Assembly (NCBI RefSeq): GCF_009914755.1 | Contig: NC_060940.1 | Length of the DNA stretch: 64,000 nucleotides | DNA from: the human T2T-CHM13v2.0 reference genome, Homo sapiens | Direction: 5' to 3' (one strand) | Shown here: piece after piece, positions 30,131 to 47,828 of the stretch | Layout of the letters: every line of letters starts with the position of its first letter | Position numbering within the stretch: position 1 is the stretch's first letter | Translations under genes and position numbers: made by a program | The notes under the pieces: model-generated | What the model was told of the DNA's origin: nothing | Database searches by the model: none | Seen by the model: only the letters and a program-made list of their open reading frames with translations

Positions 30131-32099
30131 GCTCAAAAGACAAATATTTGTCTTTCCCCTGAGAGAGAACTTATCTTGCTGTTAAACCTTAAGCATATCA
30201 CTTCACCTCTTGAGATATCAGTTTTCTCATCTTAAATGAGACTGAGGGTGCTGGGGGAAGAGGTATTGGAGGGAAATCCAATGAGATCTTTGGTCCATAC
30301 ACAAGTACTGTCCCATTTCTCTAAACCTGTGTTTCTCTGTGCCTCATACAGCCACTTCCTCAGTAGCTCTATCTTCAACTAATGGATAACTTTGGAGATC
30401 CTTTTTCAAATTCTTGATTGGGCTCCAGACTCATTGATATCTCTCCCTGGATTAAAGCTTCTGATGCATTCTGCACCCTCGTGAAATTGCCGCTGAAAGC
30501 AGCAAGATGAACATCAAACTATTTTGCCATGTAGCATGACTTTTTTTTAGATGCAATCACCATTTTAATCATATTCGCATTTGTGAAGGGAGAACTTTTG
30601 GCAGTTAATGCACTTTAAGAAATTTGGGGAAAGATAAACTCAAAATGGAAATATATTATGTCAGCCTTTGGCCGTGTTGCACTTCACTATGGATGTTTTA
30701 CCATTTGCTGGCATAGTTATCTGTCTTGTAACTCATCTGTAAATGTGCAGACAACAAAGTTGAAAATCATAGCAAGTGTATCACAAAACTGACAGACTTG
30801 CTTTGCACTCAAGATACTCCCAGCCATGTATGGCAACGGAATCTTCAAAAATACTAGAAGGCTTGGGTGACCCAGTTTCATTGTATCTTGTGAGTGTCCT
30901 ACCTACCATCTGCACCAATAAGAAGGATCTTGCCCACATCCACAGACTACCTGTTATTAGACTAGGTTCAAATCTCGTTACTTGACAAACTACCTATCCT
31001 TGGGTCCTCTTTTTCTCTTACATGTTTGCCAAAAAAAGAGGCTAAAAACAAAAAGTGTCTTGTCCTCAAAACAAGGATTTATTACTATTTTACTACTCTT
31101 AACCCAAAGCATATCTGTTATGGCAGACATAATATATTGACCAACACAGATGGATTTTAGCTCATATGGGATTGAGACTATTATATGCTGAATTGAACTC
31201 TTTTGGTTTTTGCCACATGGCTGTGATTGAGTTTATCACCTAAGCCCTTTCATGTGGCTGAGAGAGGGAGTCTAGAGGCTGATGTTCTGACAATGAGTTG
31301 ACACACATAACTATAACCATAATCCTGGCAATGCAAATATTCATTTGGATTGGGCAATTTGTAACTTTTTCTTACCTGGAAAGCTATCACTTAAAATGGC
31401 CATTTGTATTTGGCCAGTCCAAGAACATGATAGAATTATTGAAAGAAAGAAGCAGAGGTGGTTGGTTGGATGTTAGGGAGCAAAGGAAGTTTGGGATCAT
31501 CCACTGCTATCCTAACATTGCTTGTCACAAAAGAGCAGGGAAGCAAGAGACTAATATGACCTCCGAGAGTACATGTTTGGGGAAACATGCATTCCTTTCT
31601 CTTTCTAATTTATGCTTCAGTGCCTCTTCAACCGAGAACCAGGTGTATGTCTTTGATTACGAAGGTAGGGTGAAAGGGCTGTCCTAGTTATTAGGAGTGG
31701 CAAATGAAAGCTTTTGTGTGCAGCCTTTAAAAAGCTGATGCATGGAAACTAGTACAGAGTGGAAGGTGGAAAGAGTAGAATTTCCAGGAGACTGTGTAAG
31801 AAGGAAGCAGCCCCAGGCAGAAGAGTTTTTTCTTTTCCATTTCTACAAGAGAAAAAAAGGAAAGGGAGAGAAAAGACTCATGTAAGTCCAGACATTCTAT
31901 TTCCTCTGTGAACCAGGATTGGAAGGTAAACTCCTTTCCTCAAAGTTTCTATGGGGAAACTTCTATAATGTCCTCATTCTACTGCATGGAAGAAGACATC
32001 TAACTGATGAGTGAAATTCCTGTGACCACTGGAACGTGTTTCTTGATTGGATAAGCAAATATATTTAACACTGCCACATAGGTGGTCTTCTTCTCTCTA

Positions 32100-32420
<321 letters not shown>

Positions 32421-34050
32421 TCAAGGGCAATGTCAAAGAGCAAGTATCCTGGGAAGGGGAGGATCTTTTAAGTTACATACAGGGAATGGGATAGAGAATT
32501 GACAAAGGCACCAAGAGAGCCCTGCACAGCTTAGGAGGCCTAGTTTATGCTGATGCCTTCATTTGAGCCCCCATCTGATGCCATACCTGCATTTAATTAG
32601 CCCCGGAAACACAATGATGTATAAACATGGTCCCTGACCTCAAAAAGCTTAATGTTTACGATGTATGCAGGGTGGAAAGTGGATATTTGTGTATACTTTT
32701 AACTTCTATTGAGGAGAAACAGGCAATCACTATTGTGTGATAAGTAGAAGGGGAGATATTCAATCCAGGTCAGAAGGCTTCATACAGCAGGTGACACTAG
32801 AGCTGAAAATAGCAGTTCAAGAGGGGTAGTGGGGAAGAGTACACAAACAGAGAGAGTACAGGATTGAAATCCCAGAGGCAAGAGAATGCATGACTTTTTG
32901 AGGGTGGGGTAGTGTTTCACTAGGGCTGAAATATTGTCCTTCTATTTTTCAAATGAAGCAACTGGAGTTCAGAAATTCAAGTGCTTTACCCAAAATCACG
33001 GAGTTAATAATGCATAGAACCCAGGCCTTAGAACTGACAACCTAGTGCTCTTCCACTAAACCTCACCTCCTGCTTCCCCACTGAGTCACCTTAAGATAAG
33101 GACGCACATCACTGACTCTTGTTCAGCTCTTCTTCCTGTTTCCTTCCAAAGATGAACAAGAAGATGGAAGCAAAGAGAAATGAAACCTCCCAACTCGGGG
33201 CAAAGGCGCCATATGTCTTCTAACTCCTGGGCACCACGGGGAGTCTCTTTAATGACCTTCCTAATTCTACCCCCCTCCTCCTGTTCTTGCATCGCAATGT
33301 TGGCTGCACATATGGTGCCTCTCCCTTCCCGAGGAATTGCTTTTACTGATATCGTTTCCTGTCACAACCTTAATATTCTTTTAATGTACTGCCATTGCTC
33401 GCTGCAGAGCTAATCTGTTATCCCTTGTTATGGAGACCTCATTCCATACGCAGAGCAGAGAATCGTGTCTCTGAACTAGAAGCAACACTTTGTGTTAGTA
33501 TTAAACTTTGACTTTCAAATGATGGACATTATATTCTGGGTTGTGAAATTTTGAGTTTGCACAAGACATGACTGTATTACTTTAGACGGCTTTCCACCGC
33601 TGCAGTTGTTATAACAGCAACTGCAACTGCAATAGCAAAACAAAAAAATTATACTGTTTTAAAAGCATAATTCCACAGAACTGAAAAGTCCAACCATGGA
33701 GTGGAATACAAGTAAGGCTATATCAAGCAGATCACTAGTATCACCAAGGATCAAGGGATTTTTTACATCTCTTCACTTTACCTTCCTTGGTCTTGGTTCC
33801 TTTCTTACCTAGGGTACATTGTTGATTCCAGAATGATTGACATCAATAACCAGGTTATGAGTTTCCCAGTTTACAATAAGCAAGAGAGGAAATATCTCCA
33901 CCTGAAGTCTCCAGTAAACGCCTTAGTCTCATTGGCCTGAAATGCACCATATGCCCACCTGTCATGTGACCAGGGATAGGAGATGTGCTGATTGGCTTAA
34001 GGCCAACCAAACTAAACCTCAGGTCCAGATCTTTAGGAAGGATGGTAGGG

Positions 34051-34356
34051 GGCTGGGCGCAGTGGCTCACGCCTGTAATCCCAGCACTTTGGAAGGCCAA
34101 GGCAAGTGGAACACTTGCGGTCAGGAGTTCGAGACCAACCTCTCCAGCATGGTGAAACTCCATCTCTACTAAAAATACAAAATTAGCTGAGCATGGTGGC
34201 AGGCGCCTGTAACCCCAGCTATTTGGGAGGCTGAGGCAGGAGAATTGCTTGAACCCAAGAGGCGAGGTTGCAGTGAGCCGAGCTCCCACCATCACACTCC
34301 AGCTTGGGGAACAAGAGCAAAACTGTCTGGGGGGGAAAAGACAAAAACAACAGCAA
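34051..34356 (+). mobile_element. AluS inserted in an old MLT1 fragment (~33700-34410)
   Basis: TSD GGAAGGATGGTAGG / GGAAGCATGGTAAG. Confidence 0.92.
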
Positions 34357-34964
34357 GGAAGCATGGTAAGAATGCAGGAATGGGTGCTGAAACAGCTACC
34401 AATGAGTCAGAATGGGCTTTAGGGGGTCATTACAGAGATAAGGATTTAGGTTTCAACTGTCTCCATTTAAATACTAGCCCCATCCCTCCCTGAGTGATTT
34501 TGGGAATCACTCAATTACTTAATGTCTTCATGCTTCATTCTCCACATTTGTAAAATGGGATTCATGTAAAAACAAGCTAGTAAACTAATTTTAAAAGTGT
34601 AAATTCTGTGTGTGGCATTTAAAGACCTTCCAAAAGCTAAAATAAAGACTAAGATGAGGAAGGTTCATTTCACTGAGGGTGACCTTTCTCTCTAAACTTT
34701 ACAGTTGTATGAAGTACCACATTTAGTTAAACTCTTCCATCTTCCTCCACTGCTTTTAGCCATACAATAACGACATGAGGCAGGGAGAGAAGGGTCTCTT
34801 GTACCCACCTTACACAAGAGAAAACCAAGGCCCAGAGGCCTTCAAAGACTTGTCTGAGTTGAATATACAGATCAATTGACAAAATTGTTCTTCAGGGTTC
34901 AGAGCCCTTTTCAATATGAAAAGTGGGCATTGGAGTCCTTGATTTATTTTTCAAGGTTCTAAAT

Positions 34965-35170
34965 CTGCACTGTCCTATACAGTGTACACAAGCCACAAGA
35001 GACTGTCTAAATTTACATTAATTAAAATGTAAAATGAAAACTTCAGTGTCTCAATCATACTAGCCTTGTTTCAAAGGCTCAAAAGCCACATGTGGTTAGG
35101 GAATACCATATTGGTCAATGCAGATATAAAAACATTTCCACCATCACTGAAAGTTTTATTGACAGTACTG
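34965..35170. mobile_element. MER3-like hAT-Charlie MITE
   Basis: GCACTGTCC...AGCCACATGTGG...CATCACTGAAAGTTTTATTGACAGTAC. Confidence 0.75.
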
Positions 35171-35333
35171 GCCTAAACCAACAAACACATTAAATGCCTA
35201 ATATTAGGTTACTTTTTCACAGAGCTGAGACAGGAAGTGATGGAGTTAAAATACTTGGCCAACATTCCTTCGTTGTCCTGGTTAGATTACAATGCAGGTA
35301 GATTAAAATAGTGGTAAGATTTATTAAAACTGA

Positions 35334-37835
<2,502 letters not shown>

Positions 37836-37851
37836 TTATTAAAACTGAGAG

Positions 37852-38946
37852 AAGAGATAACCTCCAGAATGGGAGACTATATGTGCAAAACATACATTTA
37901 ATAGAGGGTAAATATCCAAAATAAACAAATAATTCAAACAACTCAATAGTAAAAAAAACAATCTGATTTAAAAATGGGCAAAGGAACTAAATAGATATTT
38001 CTCAAAAAAAGACATACAAATAGCCAACATATATATTTAAAAATGCTGAACATCACTAATTATCAGGGAACTGCAAATCAAAACCGCAATGAGATATCAC
38101 GTCACACCTGTTAGAATGGCTATTATCAAAAAGACAAAAGACAACAAGTGGGTGGTGAGGGCACAGAGAAAAAAGAACCCCTGCACCCTGTTAATGAGAA
38201 TCTAAATTAGTACTGCCACAGTGGAGAACAGTATGGAGGTTCTTCAAAAAATTAAAAATGGAACTACCATGTAAGCCAGCAATCCTACGATTCAGTATAT
38301 ATCTAAAGGAAATGGAATCAGCCTATCGAAGGGAGATCTGCTCTCCCATGTTTATTGCAGCACTATTCACAATAGCCAAGGTATGGAATCCACCTAAGTG
38401 TCCATCAATGGATGAATGGATAAATAAAACGTGTCATATATACTCATAGAATATTATTCAGCCTTAAAAAAGAAAGCAATCCTGTTATTTGTGACAACAC
38501 AGATAAATGTAGAAGACATTATGTTAAGGGAAATAAGCCAGGCACAGAAAGATAAACGCTACGTGATCTCACTTACATGTAGAACCTTAAAAAGTTAAAC
38601 TCCTAGAAGCAGAGAATAGAATGGTGGCTGCTAGAAGCTGGGAGCAGAGATGGGGGTGTGTTTACAGAGTCGTTGGTAAGAGAACACAAAATTTCAGTTG
38701 AACAAGTTTAGGAGAGCTATTGTATCATGGGGACTATAGTTAATAATATACTTAAAAATTGCTAAGAAAGTAGATTTTAAGTGGTCTCATCACAAAAAAA
38801 TGGAGAAGTATGTGAAGTCATGCACTGAGTTAAGTAGCTTGAGTCAGCCATTCCACAATGTATACATAGATCAAACCATCCTTCTGGATGCCGCAAATAT
38901 ATATAATCTTACATGTCCATTTAAAATCATGAATAAATAAATAAAA
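37852..38946 (+). mobile_element. L1MA (MA6/7-like) 3' end
   Basis: Decayed ORF2 C-terminus ([25 protein letters not shown]) plus 3'UTR and A-rich tail. Confidence 0.85.
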
Positions 38947-40449
38947 TCACAAATGGCACCCACATTTTGGTAGGCCAGGTGTAATTGTAAATAACAGCAT
39001 GAAGAGGGTGAAAACACGGTTAAAAAAAAGCCCTGCAGATTATGGCAACCAAATAAAATTTTTTGAGAGAATCAATAAAAGAGAGAGATTGCTGTTGGTC
39101 ACCCAGAATCCTTTCTGTCTACATATATAGGTGCTATTTTATTGGATATTAAAATAAAATGAGATAAAGAAAGAAACCTTTTGACTCAGTTTGAAGCAAA
39201 TTCTAATTTAGAAGAGTTTTAAACTTTCTTTCTCCCCTCTCCCAACCCCATCTTTTATTTCTGCTCTCCAAAAATCACTCTTCTCTGCAGCAAGGAACAT
39301 CCGGAGTACAGAAACAGTGAGCGGAAGGGCTTTGGCAATTTTAATATACACATTGAAAGCTACGAGGAACCTGGCATCCTACTTTGGAATGGTTTGGAAC
39401 CATCTCCCCATTTTCATGCCAGACCATGTTTTTATAATTAGCTTCTCTAAAAAGGACTCCATCCTCAATGCATGTTGTGATTTGTGGACATGCTGCAAAC
39501 AAAGAGGTTTCATGGCAAAGGAAATGTAACAGGGCCTCTTCTGTTTACTCTCCCTCATTTTTCTCCATGGCTTATCTTCCTCACAAGGCCTTAGGTGTGC
39601 CGTGTGTGTGTGTGTTTGTCTGTGTGTGCAAGTTGAAAGTGGCAAATAATATGGGTAAGTGGAAATATCATTGAGTGAAAAAAAATTATTTTTTCTTGCT
39701 CATCTGTTACCTGGCCAGCCAAGACCATCATCGGATGACAAGCACTCGGCCTCTGTTTCCCCAAAGCAGCATCTGGCTTTCTGGCTGACCCTCGCATGCA
39801 CGTGTGCAGAAACGCAGCTGGTTTCTCTGGATAATGACAAGCTGCGAGTTGCTTCCTTTCTCTAGAGCCATTTTCTTTGGCTCCCCTTTGACCTAGTCAT
39901 TGCAAGGTTTTCTCCCCATTTGGAAGCTTTTTCCTGCATTCATTTTTCATGAAGACTTTATGTGTCTCTGATCACCCTTTTAAGAAAGGGATGAGACAAA
40001 TGAATTCTTCATGTGCCTCTCCTATGCCTGTGTGTAATATATTTTAGAGCCTCTGGTGGGCTAAGCAGGACTTTAATACCTTCTATGTCAGGGGAAAATG
40101 ATATGTTGATCTGAAAGAAATGTTATGCCAGCGGTGACATGTGTGTTCTCTTGAGTATTTACAAAGAGTATTGCTCTTAAAACTACCCTAGTTAAAAATG
40201 TGAAGTCTTTAAGGAGAACAAACAAAAACAAAGGCAAAATAAACCAAAAAACAACAAAAAATAGGGTTTCAGAAGTATATGCATGAGATGATTTTAGCTG
40301 CAACTTTGGTTCTAATTAGGAAAGACTTTAAAGAGAAGGCTCTCACATCTAAAGGTGAGGTTACCTATCCCCACCCCATTACTTTAATATGGTCAGGGAG
40401 AAAGAACTAGGAACCCCATGCTAACAGGTCCCCACAGCACCTCGGCCTC

Positions 40450-41405
40450 TGCTCCCACTTCCTCTCACTCCGTGTTTTTCCCTGCTCAGAAGGAGGCAAC
40501 ACTGTTTTTCATGCACCATCATCAACCTAGTTCTCAAGGCAGAATTCTAGAATTCACCTTTGATTCTTTCCCGGTTTTTAAATGTTTGGCACCAAATAGG
40601 TTAGCAAGCTCTGGACGTTCTATGTATAAAATATCTCAAATCTAGCAACTTATCGGAACCACACTCTCAACACCCCACTCCAAGCAACAAACGATCTCTC
40701 ATTTGGATGATTTGCAGCTGCATCCTGACTTGCCTTCCTGCTACCATTCTCCTTTTCGGGATTCTTGTCTCCCCCAGCAAGAGCTTCCCTGGTGAAATGT
40801 GAATCAGGTGAGACCATTCCACGCTTGAATAGCCTCATCTCTTGTGCTTAGATGAAGCCCCTGTCTTTCCTTGGTTTGTGAGACCCTGAATGTTCTGACC
40901 CTGACTTGCACCGCCAACTGCACCCCACTGACCTGCTTCCCTACTCTCTAAGTTTCAGCCACATCTGCCTTAAATTAATTCATAAAGGCAGGCTCTTATC
41001 AGATCCTAGGTTTTCCCCACAGGCTGCTTCCTCTGCATAGAATGAATTTCCCCAGATCTTCACACACCTAGCGCTCGGTCTTCCATTAGGTCTCATCCAA
41101 AATATGACCTTAAATTTTGTTTCTGAGCACTTAATTAAGGACCCCCACCTCACTGCCTCCAGGAAGATCTTCTATCCTTGCCTTGTTTGTTTGCTACAGA
41201 GCACTTATCCCAACAGCTGTTATTTTGTTGATTTGCTTTATTTTTTTTTCCTTCTGTCTCACCCACCAGGATGTCTCCTCCATTGGAACAAGGGTCTGGT
41301 CTTCTTGTTACTTCTGTATCCCCAGAGCCTGACTAAGGTTGTGCACCTAAAAAAAAAAAAAATTCAGTAAATATTTTTTGAGCAAATTAATAAATGAATG
41401 AATGG
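40450..41405 (+). mobile_element. L2 3' region
   Basis: Degenerate L2 body ending CTGTATCCCCAGAGCCT...AAATATTTTTTGA...ATAAATGAATGAATG. Confidence 0.75.
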
Positions 41406-41414
41406 GTGCATGGA

Positions 41415-41709
<295 letters not shown>

Positions 41710-42649
41710 TAACTGTCTTCTGGATGGATTCTCTCTGTTTAAGTATGAACTGTTAACCATTGCAGAAATATTGATCTTGAAATCTGGAAAACTCTGAAAC
41801 GATTCTATTTCATGTGGTCTCATTGCAAACACTATGTCAAGAGGTTGGGGAAAATTTTAGAGTGAAGGAGGACTTTCTAATACTCAAAAAATTAATAAAA
41901 CAAAACAACAAAATAAAAAACAGTCAACTTGCCAGCTCAGTTCTGCATAGCAGTTCAGATACGTTATGATGTGCTGACATAAAAAACCCTGGCATTTGGG
42001 AAGGTGCATTTGTCTGGAACAGCTGGGGGCCCCAGACACAGAGGATGGGAGGGTCTCACTCTTAGGATATTTCCCACAGGCCTCCACGAGTACTCACCTA
42101 TGACTGCTGACAGGGCAGGTGATCAGAAAAAGACCCCTCTCTCATTAATGCAGGTGTGCAAGAGATACCTGAATGCCACCGTAGAAAGGAACAGACCCTG
42201 CTCCCCACCTTAAGCTCCTACAAAGCAAAGTCCTTAAGCAGCAGCAGAGTAACAGAAAGCACCGTCACCTCTAGAACACAAGTAAAGACCAACCGCTGCT
42301 AAGAGAAAAGCAGGAGCCATCCACAGATTAAGGTCAGCTTTAGACTGTACGAAACCAAGAGGAAGCGTCCTGTGGCATCAAAGAACACAAATTTTAGACT
42401 CAGACCCTCTGATTCTACCTTTCTCATATGTAAAATGACAATAATAAAAGCATTATTATTAATATCTGTTAATATTTTTGTGAGGTGCATAGAATAGAGC
42501 CACACATTATATTTATGCATCAATCAATCAATGAGTACTGAAACACACATAAAAAAATGCAATCTATGTCAGTTCTTGTTTATTACTATACTTTGTAGAC
42601 TATGGAGATGATTTGTTTATTACATGTTTGATACACGAAAAGAGCTAAT

Positions 42650-43788
<1,139 letters not shown>

Positions 43789-44959
43789 GAAAAGAGCTAA
43801 TCATTGTTATTGTTCAATTATCCTCCTGTGATGATTGAAACTTTTATAAAATGTGTTTAACTTTCCTGTCTTGCTATTAGCCAGATTTCACTGGTCCAAG
43901 GTTGAAATTAACCAGGTAGCATTAATATTGAGGGAATTCTGGAATGAAACAATGGAAAGAACCTGAAGCTAGCCATCTCTCTTTACCCTAGTACATGCCA
44001 ATCCACATTCCCTCGGAGGACAATGTAAGCGCCCTCCTCTCTGCTCACCAACATAAAAGGAAAGTCAACTGCCAATGAAGCAGAAAGATATTACTGATGC
44101 TTTTCAAGAACAATCTCTTCCTGAATCTCCTTCCTGGTCCTGAGATGATGATGGGTGTGATGTAGTTATAGGATCTCACTTGGACAAAGCAGGCTTTGTT
44201 CCCACGTTAACTATAGAGTTGCAGACAAACAAATGCCTCCCTCCTCTACCATTGGATTGGCCACCTTGCACTGCTTAAAATGAAGCAGTGATAGAGTATC
44301 AATGAAAACAAAATCTATTTATTTATAGCTGAGTGACCTTCTGTTCACTAGTGTTAAGGATCCCTGGTGCCTGACCAAAAACCACATTCCTCTGAATATT
44401 TGGCTAACACCTTGAAATTTAGGACCTTTGGCTATCTTCTAAGAGGGGGTCATATTTGAGCATTCTTTGTGCTGAGATCTAATGCTGATCTGATACAGGA
44501 TATATGCAGACAGCGATCTCATCAAGTGATTAGTCCCTCTCCCCAGTAGGCCACTAGGTTGTCTTCCTCCAACTCATTTATCCCACACTGTTGGTTTGGT
44601 GTGAATGTAATAGCTTGAAAGAAAGATTGTTCTGGGTGCCATGAAAGAGCTCTAGGTGTGGAAAAAGCAAATCTAGTTCTGTACCTTGAATTAGTTACTT
44701 TATGTGCCACAACAGACTACCCTTTTAATTTCTTTTAATCTTAGTTTCCTGAACTATTACATGCAGAGATTAATATCTATTTGCTAAGCATGGTTGCTTT
44801 GGGGGAATCGAATATGTAATACTAATAATTGAATTGAACCTCGTGCTTCTGATATGCCAGGGACCATTTGAAAACTTCACCTGTTTTATTTTATTTAATC
44901 CTTAAGCAACCCTAGGTGATATCTGTTACTATTATTTCCATTTAAGAGATAGGGAAACC

Positions 44960-45273
44960 GGCTGGGAGTGGGTGGCTCACGTCTGTAATCCTAGCACTTT
45001 GGGAGGCCAAGGCAGGCGGATCGCCTGAGGTCAAGAGTTCGAGACCAGCCTGACCAACATGGAGCAACCCCATCTCTACTAAAAATACAAAATTAGCTGA
45101 GCGTGGTGGCACATGCCTATAATCCCAGCTACTCAGGAAGCTGAGGCAGGAGAATCGCTTGAACCCGGGGGGGTGGTGGTTGCGGTGAGCCAAGATTGCG
45201 CCATTGCACTCCAGCCTGGGCAACAAGAGTGAAACTCCGTCTCAAAACAAAAACAAAAACAACAACAAAAAAC
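44960..45273 (+). mobile_element. AluSp-like, inserted in an antisense MIR
   Basis: CCTGACCAACATGGAG; TSD GAGATAGGGAAACC / GAGATAGGGAAGCC. Confidence 0.94.
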
Positions 45274-45464
45274 GAGATAGGGAAGCCGAGGCCTGAGAAG
45301 TTGAGTAAATTTTTTTAGCTTGGGTGTGAATTCAAATCGGATTAATGCATTCCAGATCCTGAACTCTGAAACATGGACATATCACCTCCAATGAACAAGC
45401 CGAAAAAAATGTTAATGCATAAAATGCTCTGAAAATGTCAGTACTCTCATTACTTGTATTGCTA

Positions 45465-45854
<390 letters not shown>

Positions 45855-47736
45855 TCATTAAACATCTAATATGTTAACTATTGAGCTGATTGCAAAGACT
45901 CTGACCAGCACTGAAACAGCACTCTGAAAATAAGAGAGATGTTTAAAATTTGGGTAAAATTTTTCCAGATACAGATTCTAGGCTTGATTAGAGAACAAAG
46001 TGACAGGTTGAGATGTTATAACAAATGCAGCCTTCTTACAGACTCATTCCTGAGATGGAGTAAATTAGACAGATGGAGAGAGAAGAGTGAAACCGTGACC
46101 TCACCCCTATTTCCTTCACACCTTGCTTCTTCAGTTTCACAGGTGCCTATGGGAGGCCTAAGGGATGAGACAGAGATGTTCTACTCTTGGATGGCCTGAA
46201 AGTTCAGCTTCTCAATCTGCCTATGAGACCATGAGGCAAGAACGGACATCTAAGAGACTCCAGTTATAACATGGTCTCTTTTCTCCTTTCCAAGACTAAG
46301 TCTCCATGTAACTTAATAATGATGAATTTATTTACATAAATAAAATACAAAAGGGCAAAACTGTACTAATAAAACAGCACTGTTATTTTCATTGACAAAG
46401 ACAAAGAATTTAGCAAACAGAGTTATTTAACATTGGTGGTAGAAAGAATCTTGGTGATCTCATGATTCAGCCTACATAGAGGAAATGGACTTGTTCTTGG
46501 ACATATAGCTAATTAAAGACAAAAATTCTAGTCCATGGAAGTTCAGCCATAAGAAAGTGAGGCTCTCAGAATTAATTGATTGACTTATTGATTCATTGAT
46601 CTGCTAATCCATGTATCTAATGAATACCAGCTGTGGCTCAGACCCTATGCTGGTAATTGAGATTCCCAAAATGAATATATCCTACCTTGAAGGAACTCAC
46701 TGTATGGAAGACAGGAAAAAGTGCAAAAATAAAAACTGGTTCAAGATGAATAGATTCAAATGGAAGTGTAAACACAGTGTCCTAACCTCATGAAGTGGTG
46801 GCACTTATAGGAAGAAAAGACATCTTCAGACACACTTATAACCAGAGTGCTCTCTTCCTGGCCCTATGCAGAAATCAAACTGTTGTGGTCCCTGTCCTTG
46901 TGGGGCTCACAGGTTAGCAGGGAAGATAAGACACCATGCAGAAAAACTTATTGCAAGGAAGGAAATAAGGAATGTCATGAAACAGATTCAAACAGGGAGT
47001 TGAAGATTCTGGGGAGGCAGAAATGCACCCAGTTGGGGTTATCAGAAGGCCTTTCTGGAAAAGGTGGTATTGGGTCTGGTTCTGAAGCTTCTGAGCATAC
47101 ATAACACCCCTGGGGCACCGGGCATGGAAAGATCCCACAAACAGTAGCACATTCAGTTTGATTTTGTACCTGACTTCTTGGTGCATGTGGCATTATTAAG
47201 TTCCTAAACATAAACATATTCCTTTTAAAATCCATCTTCAAAGTAGACTAGAGTTTTAGGCCTATGGGGACTTGACATATCAAAAGAAACTTGCTGACAC
47301 AAACTGGAGTATGCAGCATGATCTGTTCTAATATACGATTTTAATGTTTCTCATTTTGCAGCCATGCCAGCCTCCATCTATCATCGACTGTCACATTTAA
47401 GTTTCCTAAATTACTGCTTTTTAACTTTTGTCACTTATTCAGCAAAGAGATATATTCTAAAGCCTGACCTCCCCCCAGCCCACCCCTGTGATTGTATCTC
47501 AATATTAATAGTGAGAGAGGGAGAAGAGAAATCTTTGCTCCACTCACAATAAGCCAAGGGCCTTTTTTTAAAAAATAAAAAAAATAAAAAAAGAAAGAAA
47601 GAAAATAAGAGCAAAACATGTTTCTGGTTTCAAATTCAAACATTGATAGAATTCTGTCACCTCTCAATGATTTGGCATGAAAAATATAAAACCAGTAGGA
47701 ATTGGAAGAATAGAATGTATTGAGAGTTGCAATTAA

Positions 47737-47770
47737 AGGAGAGAGGCAGGGAGGGAAGGAAAGAGGGAGG

Positions 47771-47801
<31 letters not shown>

Positions 47802-47828
47802 CAAGCGAGAGAGAGAGCGAGAGAGAGC
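47737..47828. repeat. (GA)n / GA-rich tract
   Basis: Imperfect GA repeat. Confidence 0.9.
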
